A stretch of 64,000 bases of DNA. Origin: Vicinamibacterales bacterium. GTDB lineage: Bacteria > Acidobacteriota > Vicinamibacteria > Vicinamibacterales > JAMQPK01. Each line of letters starts with the position of its first letter. The first letter of the stretch is position 1. A program made the translations under genes and the position numbers. Location: contig CAWBPA010000007.1 in NCBI GenBank assembly GCA_963790545.1, positions 17,668 to 81,667 of the forward strand. Reading direction: 5' to 3'. The notes beneath the pieces were generated by a model. That model had not been told where the DNA came from, ran no database searches, and saw only the letters and a program-made list of their open reading frames with translations. This document shows, piece after piece, positions 1-9,375 of this stretch.

Positions 1-719
1 GGCGTCCCGATTTCGTCGTTCAGTCCTTCTACAAGATCTTCGGGTACCCGACAGGGGTCGGCTGCCTGCTGGCGCGCAAAGCGGCGCTCGTGAAGCTTCG
101 TCGTCCGTGGTTTGCTGGTGGAACGATTACCGTGGCGTCAGTGCAGGGCGACAAGCACTATCCGGCGCAGAACGAGGCCGCGTTCGAAGATGGCACGATG
201 GACTACCTGGCGCTCCCCGCTGTGGAGATTGGGTTAGGCCATATCGAGGCCATCGGCTACGACGCCATTCACGAACGCGTCCGTTGTCTGACCGGCTGGC
301 TTCTCGATAACCTGGTCGCGCTGCGACACCCGAACGGTCAACCGCTTGCGCGAGTCTACGGTCCTCAAACGACCGATCGTCGTGGCGGCACGGTCACGTT
401 CAATTTCTACGATGCAGGCGGGCACCCCATCGACCACCGGGTTGTCGAGGAACGAGCGAATGCTGCGAACATCTCTCTCCGGACAGGCTGCTTCTGCAAC
501 CCTGGCGGAGGAGAGATTGCGCTCGGTATCAGCGGAACCGAACTCACCTCGTGCTTCCGCCAACCCAAACACCAAACGCATCTCACGGTCGATGATTTCC
601 GACTCTGTATTGACGGGAAGAGTTCTGGAGCCGTCCGCGTGTCGCTTGGCCTTGTGTCGAATCTCGCCGACGTCGAACGGTTTCTCGCGTTCGCCCGAGG
701 GTTTGTTCGCGACTTTTAG
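1..719 (+). CDS. Class-V aminotransferase-fold PLP enzyme (cysteine desulfurase / MOCOS-like), C-terminal part. The 5' end lies outside the window.
   Basis: The frame of ORF 90..719 stays open back to nt 3 (DFVVQSFYKIFGYPTGVGCLLARKAAL...). This block and the C-terminal RTGCFCNPGGGE block are typical of NifS/MOCOS-type class V aminotransferases. Confidence 0.65.
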   Translation, partial: RPDFVVQSFYKIFGYPTGVGCLLARKAALVKLRRPWFAGGTITVASVQGDKHYPAQNEAAFEDGTMDYLALPAVEIGLGHIEAIGYDAIHERVRCLTGWLLDNLVALRHPNGQPLARVYGPQTTDRRGGTVTFNFYDAGGHPIDHRVVEERANAANISLRTGCFCNPGGGEIALGISGTELTSCFRQPKHQTHLTVDDFRLCIDGKSSGAVRVSLGLVSNLADVERFLAFARGFVRDF

Positions 720-916
720 CCTTTCCTTCGGTCCTCTAATAATCGGAGAGGGCACTGTAAAGCAACGGATGAAGCGGATCAGCAGGGGTTGGTGCGCGGC
801 GGCCTGCCGAAGTGACATGGCCGCGTCAATCGACTCAGCACGACCTGCTGAGCCCGGGTCTGTTGCTTATGCTCCGTGCAAGAAATTGCTGGATTTTGCC
901 AGCACACCTGCCCGGA

Positions 917-1351
917 CTACCAGCGATTGACGGGGGGTACCGTGACGATGGGCGCGGCGGGCGGGGCAGGCACAGCGCCTGGCGCTTCAATCGGCGCTGG
1001 CACATCGTCGAACGCAATCGCTTTCCTGAAGGCAATCCCGAGGTCGAACCAGAGTTTTCCCGACGAGTCAATCTGAGCGACAACGCTGCGGACGATTCGG
1101 GCCGGAACGGACGCCGGCGAAAACCCGCCTTCGAACACCACATTCACTGCCGTGTCGGGGCGCAGTCGCGTCATGCACCTCACCAGCACGCCGGTTGCCG
1201 AGATGTTTACGAGCACCACCTCGCCACCAGCCGGTGAAAGGCGAACTCCTGTAATGGACGGCACGAGCGTCGCGGCATGGCGGGGCGAGCGCCGGTTCTC
1301 AACGCTAGGGGCTTGAAAATTTTCCGCTTGGTGATTCATCCCGAATTTCAT
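917..1351 (-). CDS. PilZ-domain protein (c-di-GMP effector type)
   Basis: ORF 917..1513 trimmed to the ATG at 1351, which overlaps the upstream stop (ATGA). Carries the PilZ motifs RxxxR (RRSPR) and N-x-S-x-x-G (NISATG). Confidence 0.65.
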   Translation of the reverse strand: MKFGMNHQAENFQAPSVENRRSPRHAATLVPSITGVRLSPAGGEVVLVNISATGVLVRCMTRLRPDTAVNVVFEGGFSPASVPARIVRSVVAQIDSSGKLWFDLGIAFRKAIAFDDVPAPIEAPGAVPAPPAAPIVTVPPVNRW

Positions 1352-2388
1352 TCCGAATCTGAAATTGTTTCCGGAATCGTCACGTCGAGCTCGGTGCTCT
1401 TTTTTGCGGCTTCGATATGCGCTTCCACAATCTGACCGGCCAGAGCGTTGGCCCATAACGTGTCGTTCCGAAGAATCTCTATCTCTTTCCTGACATCGGA
1501 TTGTGGCGGGCATCGCGACAGGAGTTGTGCGGCGCGATTCTCAACATTCGTTGTGGCCGTGCGCAGGTCGTTGGCAATTTGCACTCCCATTCGACCAGCG
1601 GCGACGAGCGGAGCCAGCCGGCGAGCGTGCTCAATCAGACCGTCCCGTTCGACAAGCGCATCGGTCAGCTCCTTCTTGGCGCGTTCCCGTTTGACGGCCG
1701 CCGCCGCCAGCACCCGCTCGACGACGATTTGGTCTGCTTCGTGTTCACCAACCATCCGACGATGCAAGGCGTCGAGTTCGGCCAATCGCGTTTCGAGCTG
1801 CTCTCGTGCCGCAATGGCGTGTTGAAGCTGTTCTCGGAGTTCCACGAGCGCGCGATCCGAGTCTCTCGCCTGTCGCCTCAGTTTTTCATCGTGCTGGGCT
1901 GCGAGGGTCTCCTCGAGCCGGGTCAGCTCGGCGGCATGCCGGGCTTCCAATCGTTCGCGATCCGCTTCCGACTCACTCAGTGTGTCGGTCAGCCGCGCCA
2001 GCACCGAGCTGTCCTGCACGGCCACAAGGACCGACGGGATGGTATCGGGATGATCGGGCAGCGAGATTCCACTGAACACGACCGTCCGTTGCCCACCTGA
2101 GCCACCGACCAGTTCGCATTCATATGAGCCAGGCGTGCCGCCCCAGACCCGAACGACGAATTCAGTGAACCGACCCTGCTGTTCGGCGGCAATTCGTGTT
2201 GTCAGAGTGCTTCCAAGCGCCTGCCCGAGATTTTCCACCTCCAACAGCCGCTGTGCGGCGTCGTTGACGGCGAGCATGCGCCCATCCGCTACGGCAATGC
2301 GTATGAGGCAGGACGGCTGAACCTCAATCAACCGTCGAAGGTGCGCGGCTTCCCTTGCTCCGTTGTTCGCTTCACCGCCCATGATCAC
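1348..2388 (-). CDS. PAS-like sensor domain plus long coiled-coil protein; no recognisable output domain
   Basis: 346-aa ORF. The N-terminal PAS-like segment reads ...CLIRIAVADGRMLAVNDAAQRLL.... It is followed by a Glu/Arg/Leu-rich heptad region. Both its start and its stop overlap the neighbouring genes by ATGA. Confidence 0.55.
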   Translation of the reverse strand: MIMGGEANNGAREAAHLRRLIEVQPSCLIRIAVADGRMLAVNDAAQRLLEVENLGQALGSTLTTRIAAEQQGRFTEFVVRVWGGTPGSYECELVGGSGGQRTVVFSGISLPDHPDTIPSVLVAVQDSSVLARLTDTLSESEADRERLEARHAAELTRLEETLAAQHDEKLRRQARDSDRALVELREQLQHAIAAREQLETRLAELDALHRRMVGEHEADQIVVERVLAAAAVKRERAKKELTDALVERDGLIEHARRLAPLVAAGRMGVQIANDLRTATTNVENRAAQLLSRCPPQSDVRKEIEILRNDTLWANALAGQIVEAHIEAAKKSTELDVTIPETISDSE

Positions 2389-2570
2389 CCACGCTTCCGC
2401 AATTCCCCTTCGAGCTCGTTCAATCGTGCGATGGCGTCCTCCGACCGCTGGAAGGACTCGAGCACGACGGTGTCGTGCTCTGAAACTCTCACGAGCGCGA
2501 ACCGACCCGTGCTCGAACTTCCGACGGTCAGCATCAGAAACGTTTCACGTTCTGGACAGAACCAAACCAT
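2385..2570 (-). CDS. Small (61 aa) hypothetical protein, first gene of the PAS/PilZ operon
   Basis: Strong SD (AAGGAGA, 7 nt spacer) precedes the ATG at 2570. Its stop overlaps the next start (ATGA). Confidence 0.45.
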   Translation of the reverse strand: MVWFCPERETFLMLTVGSSSTGRFALVRVSEHDTVVLESFQRSEDAIARLNELEGELRKRG

Positions 2571-2757
2571 GCGGTTGTCTCCTTCGATGCGACTCTATAT
2601 GACAGTGAAGTGCAACCAAGCGGCCAGACTCGTCCCGTCCGAACGAAAGCGCCTAAGTCCTTGACAGTGAACTTCTTACAGCAGTGTGCAGTACCATCAC
2701 CGGTTGGGAAGCGGGTCGGGGATGTTCCGTTCTGGAACTCGCGCTCCAAAAAGGGTT

Positions 2758-2809
2758 CGCGTGGGGCCCCACCCCCACGCGCTGCCGTCGCTTACGCTCC
2801 GGATCTTGC
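2758..2809. repeat. Solo partial copy of the ~80-bp hairpin repeat that is tandemly arrayed at 4439..4890
   Basis: cgcgtggggccccacccccacgcgctgccgtcgcttacgctccggatcttgc is identical to the first 52 nt of array unit 1. It contains a 9-bp stem: cgcgtgggg/ccccacgcg. Confidence 0.85.
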
Positions 2810-2838
2810 AACGAACATCGTGCCGCTTGAGTCATCGG

Positions 2839-3306
2839 TCATGGCTGGGGGAGCTGTCCCGCACCCCGTCGCATGGCATCGGTGACAATGCCGACGCGGT
2901 CGACACCAGCACCCTTGGCTGCGTCAATGACCGCCACGATATCCCGATATCGCAGCGTCGGTGCGCCAGCGATGAACATCGTCTTGTCGCGACGATCAGC
3001 GTAAATCTGTCGCAAGCGCTGCTCCAGTTCTGGAAGCGCCACAGCTTCTCGATTGACGGAAATGCGACGGTCAGCGCTGTACTCGAGCATGATCTGCTCG
3101 GAGGATGCCGACTCCGGCTCGGGTCTCGTCTCCGCCGGCAGGTTCGTGTCGATGCCTTTCTGGTTGAGCGGTAACGCTGCCATGAAGATGACGAGCAGAA
3201 CCAGGAGGACGTCGATGAGCGGCGTCACGTTCATATCCGCACTTCTTCGAGGGGTCGTGCCTCGGACGATTTTCTGCGCGTCGTGGTGAACTTCAGCCTG
3301 CGACAT
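2839..3306 (-). CDS. exbD: ExbD/TolR-family biopolymer transport protein
   Basis: NVTPLIDVLLVLLVIFM transmembrane signature plus a conserved periplasmic domain. GGGAGG SD lies 7 nt before the ATG at 3306. The maximal ORF runs to 3333. Confidence 0.8.
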   Translation of the reverse strand: MSQAEVHHDAQKIVRGTTPRRSADMNVTPLIDVLLVLLVIFMAALPLNQKGIDTNLPAETRPEPESASSEQIMLEYSADRRISVNREAVALPELEQRLRQIYADRRDKTMFIAGAPTLRYRDIVAVIDAAKGAGVDRVGIVTDAMRRGAGQLPQP

Positions 3307-3401
3307 AGCTCCGCCTCCCGCAATGTCCTTCACATTTCGGATCGACGCCGCGACGACTTACGTTCGTGGAAAGTTAGACACCGAGGAGCAAGAAACTGCT
3401 C

Positions 3402-4418
3402 TCAGGGCGCTTTCAGGGAAGATTCCTGCCCTTCCTGGACGCGGGCGGCGTTCAGGATGTTTGCGAGTCCGTAATTGCCCTCGTGGCAGGCGTATTCGAA
3501 AATCGGACCCTCGACCTGTCGAATGGTCGCCTCACCAGACCAGGGTTTCGTCCACGTCGCGGGGTCTTCGACCGTAAATTGATAGCGAATGGTGTCTTCA
3601 TCGACGCGCGTCAAGCGCTCGACCACGTGCAGCGTGCGGCTTGCGAAGATATCCTGCCGAGTCGTTTGCGGAGCGCCCCTGAAATTTGTGTCATCGGTGA
3701 AGTTGGTCGTATCGACGACGAGCGTGTGGCCTTCCCAGCGACCCCGTGAGTCGCCGGCCAGTTGCTGGACGTTCCTGCCCAGGTGCGGTCGTCCGTCAAG
3801 CGGAACGATGCGAACGTCGTGCATCATTTCATGGCGAATGACCACGTAGTCACGCGTCTGAAGAATTTGGAGATTGGCATTGTAGGTTGGCGGCACCATC
3901 GGTGGGCCGACGTTTCCCCAGGAAATACACCGCTCGGCCAACGATCGGTTCTGGGCGCTGTCCGAAGGTCCAGCCACACGCGCTTCGGCCCGGGCCGCTG
4001 CGCGTTTCTCAGCCGCTGGAGTCAGCGGCGGGATTCTTCCATCGGGTGGATCATTGATGAGCGACGTCCGAAGGTTTGCCTGCTTCAGATAATTCTCAGC
4101 CTGCCAGATTGCATCGTCGTAGTGAATGTTGTCCTTGGCTTGCCCAAGAAGCTGATCCTGACGCTTTTTGAAGTACGCCGCCGCTTCGGCTTCGGTGAAA
4201 AACTCCTTCTCCCCGAGCTCCAGCGGGCGTTCCACCGGAGTATAGGCATCGTTGGTCCAATATCCTTGGAGGTCTGGTTGACCGTCCGAAGTGCGCGGTG
4301 GAGTCCAGGTTGCCTTGGACGGCTCACCCGAACGCTGGTCAGCAATGGTCCCTGTGGTCAATGACAGCATCGCGATCAGGACCATGAGCACCGGCATAAC
4401 CATGACTCGACCGCTCAT
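3402..4418 (-). CDS. Secreted protein of unknown function, paralogue P1 of the 'FEYACHEGNY' family
   Basis: Has a signal peptide, then WTPPRTSDGQPDLQGYWTN, RIVPLDGRPH, GDSRGRWEGHTLVVDTTNF and FEYACHEGNY. The same blocks occur at 20114..21115 and 21248..22357. Confidence 0.75.
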   Translation of the reverse strand: MSGRVMVMPVLMVLIAMLSLTTGTIADQRSGEPSKATWTPPRTSDGQPDLQGYWTNDAYTPVERPLELGEKEFFTEAEAAAYFKKRQDQLLGQAKDNIHYDDAIWQAENYLKQANLRTSLINDPPDGRIPPLTPAAEKRAAARAEARVAGPSDSAQNRSLAERCISWGNVGPPMVPPTYNANLQILQTRDYVVIRHEMMHDVRIVPLDGRPHLGRNVQQLAGDSRGRWEGHTLVVDTTNFTDDTNFRGAPQTTRQDIFASRTLHVVERLTRVDEDTIRYQFTVEDPATWTKPWSGEATIRQVEGPIFEYACHEGNYGLANILNAARVQEGQESSLKAP

Positions 4419-4438
4419 ACGACCTCCATACTTTAGTG

Positions 4439-4890
4439 CGCGTGGGGCCCCACCCCCACGCGCTGCCGTCGCTTACGCTCCGGATCTTGCTAAACGGCCG
4501 TTCCACTAGTCAGCGATTCGCGTGGAGCCCCACCCCCACGCGCTGCCGTCGCTTACGCTCCGGATCTGCTAAACGGCCGTTCCACTAGTCAGCGATTCGC
4601 GTGGGCCCCACCCCCACGCGCTGCCGTCGCTTACGCTCCGGATTTCCACTATAGTCAGCGATTCGCGTGGGGCCCCACCCCCACGCGCTGCCGTCGCCCT
4701 TCGACTACGCTCAGGGCGACCCTGAGCCTGTCGAAGGGTCGCTTACGCTCCGGATCTTGCTAAAAACCGCCGTTCCACTTAGTCAGCGATTTTGAGTGGG
4801 CCGACACCCTCCCGCGCAGCCGTCGCCCTTCGACTACACAGGGCGACCCTGAGCCTGTCGAAGGGTCGCTTACGCTCCGGATCTTACTAC
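4439..4890. repeat. Tandem array of five ~66-125-bp units of a hairpin repeat; units 4 and 5 carry a nested second palindromic element
   Basis: Unit starts (cgcgtgg[g/a]gcccc...) fall at 4439, 4519, 4598, 4664 and about 4793. There are no unique spacers. The insert cccttcgac-N-tcagggcgaccctga-N-gtcgaaggg sits inside units 4 and 5. Confidence 0.9.
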
Positions 4891-4984
4891 CAGCGCTGAT
4901 CTTCACGTAGCGCGGACCCTTGAGGGTCCGCGGACCGAATAGCTGTACGGAAAAGGATGCAGGTGTTAGGATCCGGCTTGAATC

Positions 4985-6391
4985 ATGATGGTATCGGCAA
5001 CCGTTCTGTCCTTCGTTCTTGCCAGCGCTCCGCTTGGCGAGCCCTTGCGAGCTTCTCGAGCGGCAGCCCAAACTGGCGACTGCACGGACTGGCGTGATTG
5101 CCGTCAGCGAGCCCTCGACGCGGCAGAGCGGGGTGACTACGAGGCCTTCCACAACCTCGCGTGGCGAGCGGTGCAGACCGGGCCGGCCAGAGATCCCGAC
5201 TTGCTGTATCAACTGGCTCGGGCGCAATGCCTCAGCGGACGTCCGCACGATTCACTGGTGATGCTGAGGCGCCTGGCTGAGATGGGTGTCGCGACCGATG
5301 CGAGTACGAACGACGATTTTCGTTTGATGCGGGAGCTCCCGGGCTGGGCGGAAGTGGAACAGTTGATCGAGGGCGCCCGAAACGGCGGCGGCACATCGCT
5401 GATCAAGCCCACTCCGACACCTCCAGCACCGGTACCGGTCCGGACCAATGAGGCTCGTGCTCCGACGGCCGCGGCGCCAGGTGCAAAGTCTCCTCCCCCG
5501 GCGGGGTCCGGATCGGCAAGATTCAAGCCCGCACCGGTCCAGGAGGCGCTTCGATTCACAACAGAGCGCTTCGAGCCCGGGGGATTTGCCCATGATGTCG
5601 TCTCAGGACGATTCCTCTTCGGCGATGTGCATGGCCGCAAACTGATGATTGTGGCGGAAGGATCCACGTACACGGTGGACATGGTGCGGTCAGACTCGGC
5701 CGGATTCCACGACGTGATGGCGATCGAGATTGACGCGCGGCGCGGAGATCTTTGGGTTGCCAGCGCGATCAAGGACGGCGGAGCAGGAGCCGTTCACAAG
5801 CTGCAACTGATTTCGGGCCGGCCGTTGAAAATCTTTCCTGCTCCTTCGGAGCTCGAGCCAGTCAAGTTCGCCGATCTTGCGGTCAGCCCGGCAGGGGCCG
5901 TATACGTGCTGGAATCGCTGCGGGGACAGGTTCTGGTGCTCCGACCTGGCGGCACCGGTTTGGAACCGTTGGCACGGATCGACCGACTCGGACCGGTCAG
6001 CCTCACGGCAGCGGGCGAAGAGGGTGTCACCTACGTGGCGCATCGCGAAGGTATTTCGCGAATCGACGCCAAAACCCGAACGGCAACAGCCGTGACGGCA
6101 CGAAACGGCCTCGACCTGGCGAATTTCGAGCGGATCCGCTGGCATCGAAACCGGCTGGTGGGCGTTCAGGCTGCGCCGGACGGTTCGCGACGCATTGTCA
6201 GGCTTGAACTGAATACGAGCGGAAAGAGCGTGACGGCGGCAATGATTATCGATGCGTCGATTCCCGTTGCCGGCGAGTCGACGTTCGTGGCGTTATCGGG
6301 AGACTCTCTTTCCTACCTGACCGAATCGGCGGCGTCAGCCGGCCAACCCGCGCGGCCGGAGTTCGTTGTCCGCCGCATCCCGCTGCAATAG
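4985..6391 (+). CDS. Secreted protein of unknown function: helical/TPR-like N-terminus, Pro/Ala-rich linker, beta-propeller-like C-terminus
   Basis: 468-aa intact ORF with a hydrophobic N-terminus. PTPTPPAPVP linker. The repetitive beta-strand-rich C-terminal half is called by composition only. Confidence 0.5.
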   Translation: MMVSATVLSFVLASAPLGEPLRASRAAAQTGDCTDWRDCRQRALDAAERGDYEAFHNLAWRAVQTGPARDPDLLYQLARAQCLSGRPHDSLVMLRRLAEMGVATDASTNDDFRLMRELPGWAEVEQLIEGARNGGGTSLIKPTPTPPAPVPVRTNEARAPTAAAPGAKSPPPAGSGSARFKPAPVQEALRFTTERFEPGGFAHDVVSGRFLFGDVHGRKLMIVAEGSTYTVDMVRSDSAGFHDVMAIEIDARRGDLWVASAIKDGGAGAVHKLQLISGRPLKIFPAPSELEPVKFADLAVSPAGAVYVLESLRGQVLVLRPGGTGLEPLARIDRLGPVSLTAAGEEGVTYVAHREGISRIDAKTRTATAVTARNGLDLANFERIRWHRNRLVGVQAAPDGSRRIVRLELNTSGKSVTAAMIIDASIPVAGESTFVALSGDSLSYLTESAASAGQPARPEFVVRRIPLQ

Positions 6392-6394
6392 TTT

Positions 6395-7867
6395 TCAGTT
6401 CTCAGTTTTCAGTTTTGAGTTTTCAGAGCCGGGCTGACTCGAGGCCGGCACGGGTAAGCCCTGATCGCGCATTAATTTTCGCAGGAGCGCTGCCGCCTCA
6501 GGATACCGCTTGAGAACGTTCGGCGTGTACTCCACGCCATCAGCCGCCGTCAAAGGGGTCCAACCTTTCTTGTTCACGACATCGAGCTTGGCTCCGTGGT
6601 CGGCCAGGAACTGAATGACCGGGATTGCGCCTCCACGATACACGGCCCCATGCAATGCCGTTTCGCCGTTTTTGTTCACATCGTTGACGGCTCCTCCACC
6701 AGCGTCGAGCGCCAGCTTGACCGCGGCAAGTGCTTCCTCGTGCGTCCCGGGATTCTCTCCGGGAGCCCAAATCCCTACACCAGCCGCCACCATTACCGCC
6801 GTTGTCCCCTCGTCGGTCGTGAGCTTCGCGTCGGCACCAAGCTCGAGCAGCACACGCATCAACGGGACATCATCGGACTTGGCAGCCATCACGAACGGTG
6901 TCGAACCAATCCGGTTGAGCATGTTGCGGTTGCCGTCGCGCGGCTCTTTCTTTACCCGTGCGTTGATATTGCCACCCTGCGCCACAAGCTTCTTGACCAG
7001 ATCGAGGCTGTCGAGACTTCCAGTTGCGACGGGACCCGGAAGATTGAAACCGGCGTTATGTCTCCGCGACCACGCAATCTGGTGCAGCGCCGTCCACCCC
7101 TGCCCATCGGCATTGGGATCAGCACCCTTGTCGAGCAGAACCGCGGCAAGCTCATAATGCGCGTTGATCACGGCCACGACCAACGCACTGGTGCCGTCGG
7201 GAATAGTCGCGTTGACGTCCGCACCCGAGTCCAGCAGGGCACGCGTCGCCTCGACATGCCCACCGCGCACAGCAAACATCAACGGCGTGAACCGGCCAGC
7301 CTTCGACTGCGCGTGAACGTCTCCGCCCGCCTCCACCAGCACCTTGACGACGGCCGCGTTGTTTTCGGCCGCGGCCCACATGAGCGCCGTCTGTCCCTTG
7401 GACGGTTCCCTGGCGTCCACATGGGCGCCGTGGGTGAGGAGCGCCTTGACAGCCTCAATGGCCCCGGTCCGTGCTGCCGTCATCAGCACGGTCTCACCAT
7501 CTGGCAATGCCGTATTGGGATCAGCGCCGGCGTCGAGCAGCCGTCCAATCATGGCCGCGCTGCCGTTTGTGCTGGCAATGGATAACGGCGTCACGCCGTA
7601 GCGATTAGCGGTCTCGACGCGCGCGCCCGAGCGAATCAGCAGATCGGCAACCTGGAGATCGTCACGATGAACCGCCCAATGAAGGGCCGTCGTCCCGTCC
7701 GCCTCCGGACTGTTGACGTCGGCTTTCCGCGCCAGCAGGGTTCCGATCGTCGTCCTGTCACCGCTCTTGACGGCCTCGATGAGGGGCACTTCGCGGGCTT
7801 CCGCCCGCGCGCTGATGATCAGCAGGAGTATCGCCGCCAATGATCTGGTGAGATGTTTTCGATTCAC
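6395..7867 (-). CDS. Secreted ankyrin-repeat protein
   Basis: Signal peptide, then about 12 repeats of the ANK consensus (G-TALH-A...G....V..LL..GADVN). Confidence 0.85.
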   Translation of the reverse strand: MNRKHLTRSLAAILLLIISARAEAREVPLIEAVKSGDRTTIGTLLARKADVNSPEADGTTALHWAVHRDDLQVADLLIRSGARVETANRYGVTPLSIASTNGSAAMIGRLLDAGADPNTALPDGETVLMTAARTGAIEAVKALLTHGAHVDAREPSKGQTALMWAAAENNAAVVKVLVEAGGDVHAQSKAGRFTPLMFAVRGGHVEATRALLDSGADVNATIPDGTSALVVAVINAHYELAAVLLDKGADPNADGQGWTALHQIAWSRRHNAGFNLPGPVATGSLDSLDLVKKLVAQGGNINARVKKEPRDGNRNMLNRIGSTPFVMAAKSDDVPLMRVLLELGADAKLTTDEGTTAVMVAAGVGIWAPGENPGTHEEALAAVKLALDAGGGAVNDVNKNGETALHGAVYRGGAIPVIQFLADHGAKLDVVNKKGWTPLTAADGVEYTPNVLKRYPEAAALLRKLMRDQGLPVPASSQPGSENSKLKTEN

Positions 7868-7904
7868 AACGAAACCTTCGTCACGCGGCGGACCTAAAGG
7901 GCCG

Positions 7905-9278
7905 CTACACCCCCGCCAGAGGTTCGAGCTCTATTCGGCCCGTGCTATCACCAATCGTTTCAGCCGGGACGCCGACCTTGTCGAGCAGGCTCAGAAGCAG
8001 ATTGGTCATGGGCAACTCAGCGGGGAATGTGACATGGCGTCCCCCCTTCAGTCGACCTGCTCCACCGCCGACGACGGCCAGCGGCAAGTCGTAGTGGGCA
8101 TGCAGATTCGGATTGCTGAGCCCTGCGCCGTAAAGAAACAGGGAATGATCCAACAGGTTGCCATCGCCCTCGACCGTGCTCTGCAGCTTCTGCAGGAACC
8201 AGCCAAACAACTCGGTCTGATAGGTGTTCAACCTTGCGTACTTGGCGAGCTGCTCGGGCCGGTCCTGGTGGTGTGAGAGTCCGTGGTGTCCTTCGGTAAT
8301 CCCTATCTCCGGATACGTCCGGAAGTTCAGCTCGCGACCCAGCATGAAGGTCACAACGCGGGTGATGTCTGCCTGGAACGCGAGCCATTGGAGCTCGTAC
8401 ATCAACTTGACGTGCTCATCAAAGCGTTCCGGAATCCCCGTGGGTCGTGACAGGGCCGGCAGGTCGGAATCGGCACTTCGCGCTTCAACCCCGTGAATTC
8501 GTCGCTCCACTTCACGGACGGCTTCGACGTAGTCGTTGATCTTCGTTCGGTCGCCGGGCCCCAGGGTGCTCTGCAAGCGCGCCAGATCCTCCACCACCGA
8601 GTCCAAAATGCTGCGGTTCTCCTTCGCTTGCGCGAGTCTCTGGGCCGATGTCCCGCCGTCTCCGAAGAGGCGCTCGAAGACCACTCGCGGGTTGTTCTCG
8701 GTTGGCAGCGGGGTTGTGGGTGTCCGCCACGCCAGCGTGTTCAGATACGCGCAGCTGTAGCTGTTCTCGCATTGCCCGGCAAGAAAATTGAGATCGATAC
8801 TGAGCTCGAGCGACGGCAGGGCCGTGTCTTTGCCGATCGCAGCCGCAGCAATCTGGTCGGCGGAGATCCCGTTTCGCACGTCGGCGCCTTCGGTCCGCTT
8901 TGGATGAACACCCGTAAGCCACGAACTGGTCCCTCGGGTGTGATCGCCGTTTGCCCCGTCATCGAACGCATCCGCCTGGTGCTGCGCGAGACCACTCAGG
9001 ACGAGGAGTCGATCGCGAAACGGTGTGAGCGGGGTCAGAATGGGGGAAAACTCGAAGTTGGTGCCCTCACCCTTCGGCGTCCAATAGTTGATCCCGGTGA
9101 AGTTTCTCGCGACGCCGTTCGGAAGGTAGACGAATCCCAACCGTCGCACAGGGTTGGCAGCCGTCTGCGCCAGGGCGGAGAGCGCAGGCACCATGGCGTC
9201 CAAGAGCGGCAGCGCCAGCGCGGTCCCCATGCCGCGGAGGAACGTCCGACGCGGCAACGACATCTTGGTGATGAACAT
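7905..9278 (-). CDS. DUF1552-family protein with twin-arginine signal
   Basis: RRTFLRGMGTALALPLL Tat-type N-terminus. Sequence pattern and ~457-aa size fit DUF1552. It sits directly downstream of a DUF1592-type gene, the usual pairing. Confidence 0.7.
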   Translation of the reverse strand: MFITKMSLPRRTFLRGMGTALALPLLDAMVPALSALAQTAANPVRRLGFVYLPNGVARNFTGINYWTPKGEGTNFEFSPILTPLTPFRDRLLVLSGLAQHQADAFDDGANGDHTRGTSSWLTGVHPKRTEGADVRNGISADQIAAAAIGKDTALPSLELSIDLNFLAGQCENSYSCAYLNTLAWRTPTTPLPTENNPRVVFERLFGDGGTSAQRLAQAKENRSILDSVVEDLARLQSTLGPGDRTKINDYVEAVREVERRIHGVEARSADSDLPALSRPTGIPERFDEHVKLMYELQWLAFQADITRVVTFMLGRELNFRTYPEIGITEGHHGLSHHQDRPEQLAKYARLNTYQTELFGWFLQKLQSTVEGDGNLLDHSLFLYGAGLSNPNLHAHYDLPLAVVGGGAGRLKGGRHVTFPAELPMTNLLLSLLDKVGVPAETIGDSTGRIELEPLAGV

Positions 9279-9375
9279 CGGATCTCCTAACGCTGACAGT
9301 TTTCAGTCATCAGTTATCCGTTTTCAGTTCCCGATGTGATTCTTTTTCGGAAAACGGTTAACGGAGAACGGAAAA

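Noticed and set aside
4439-4890. Could the regularly spaced repeat array be a CRISPR array?
   Set aside because: Units abut directly with no unique spacers, and unit length is 66-125 bp rather than 28-37 bp repeats plus spacers. No cas genes occur in the window. The unit also occurs as a solo copy at 2758..2809, as a dispersed REP/MITE would.
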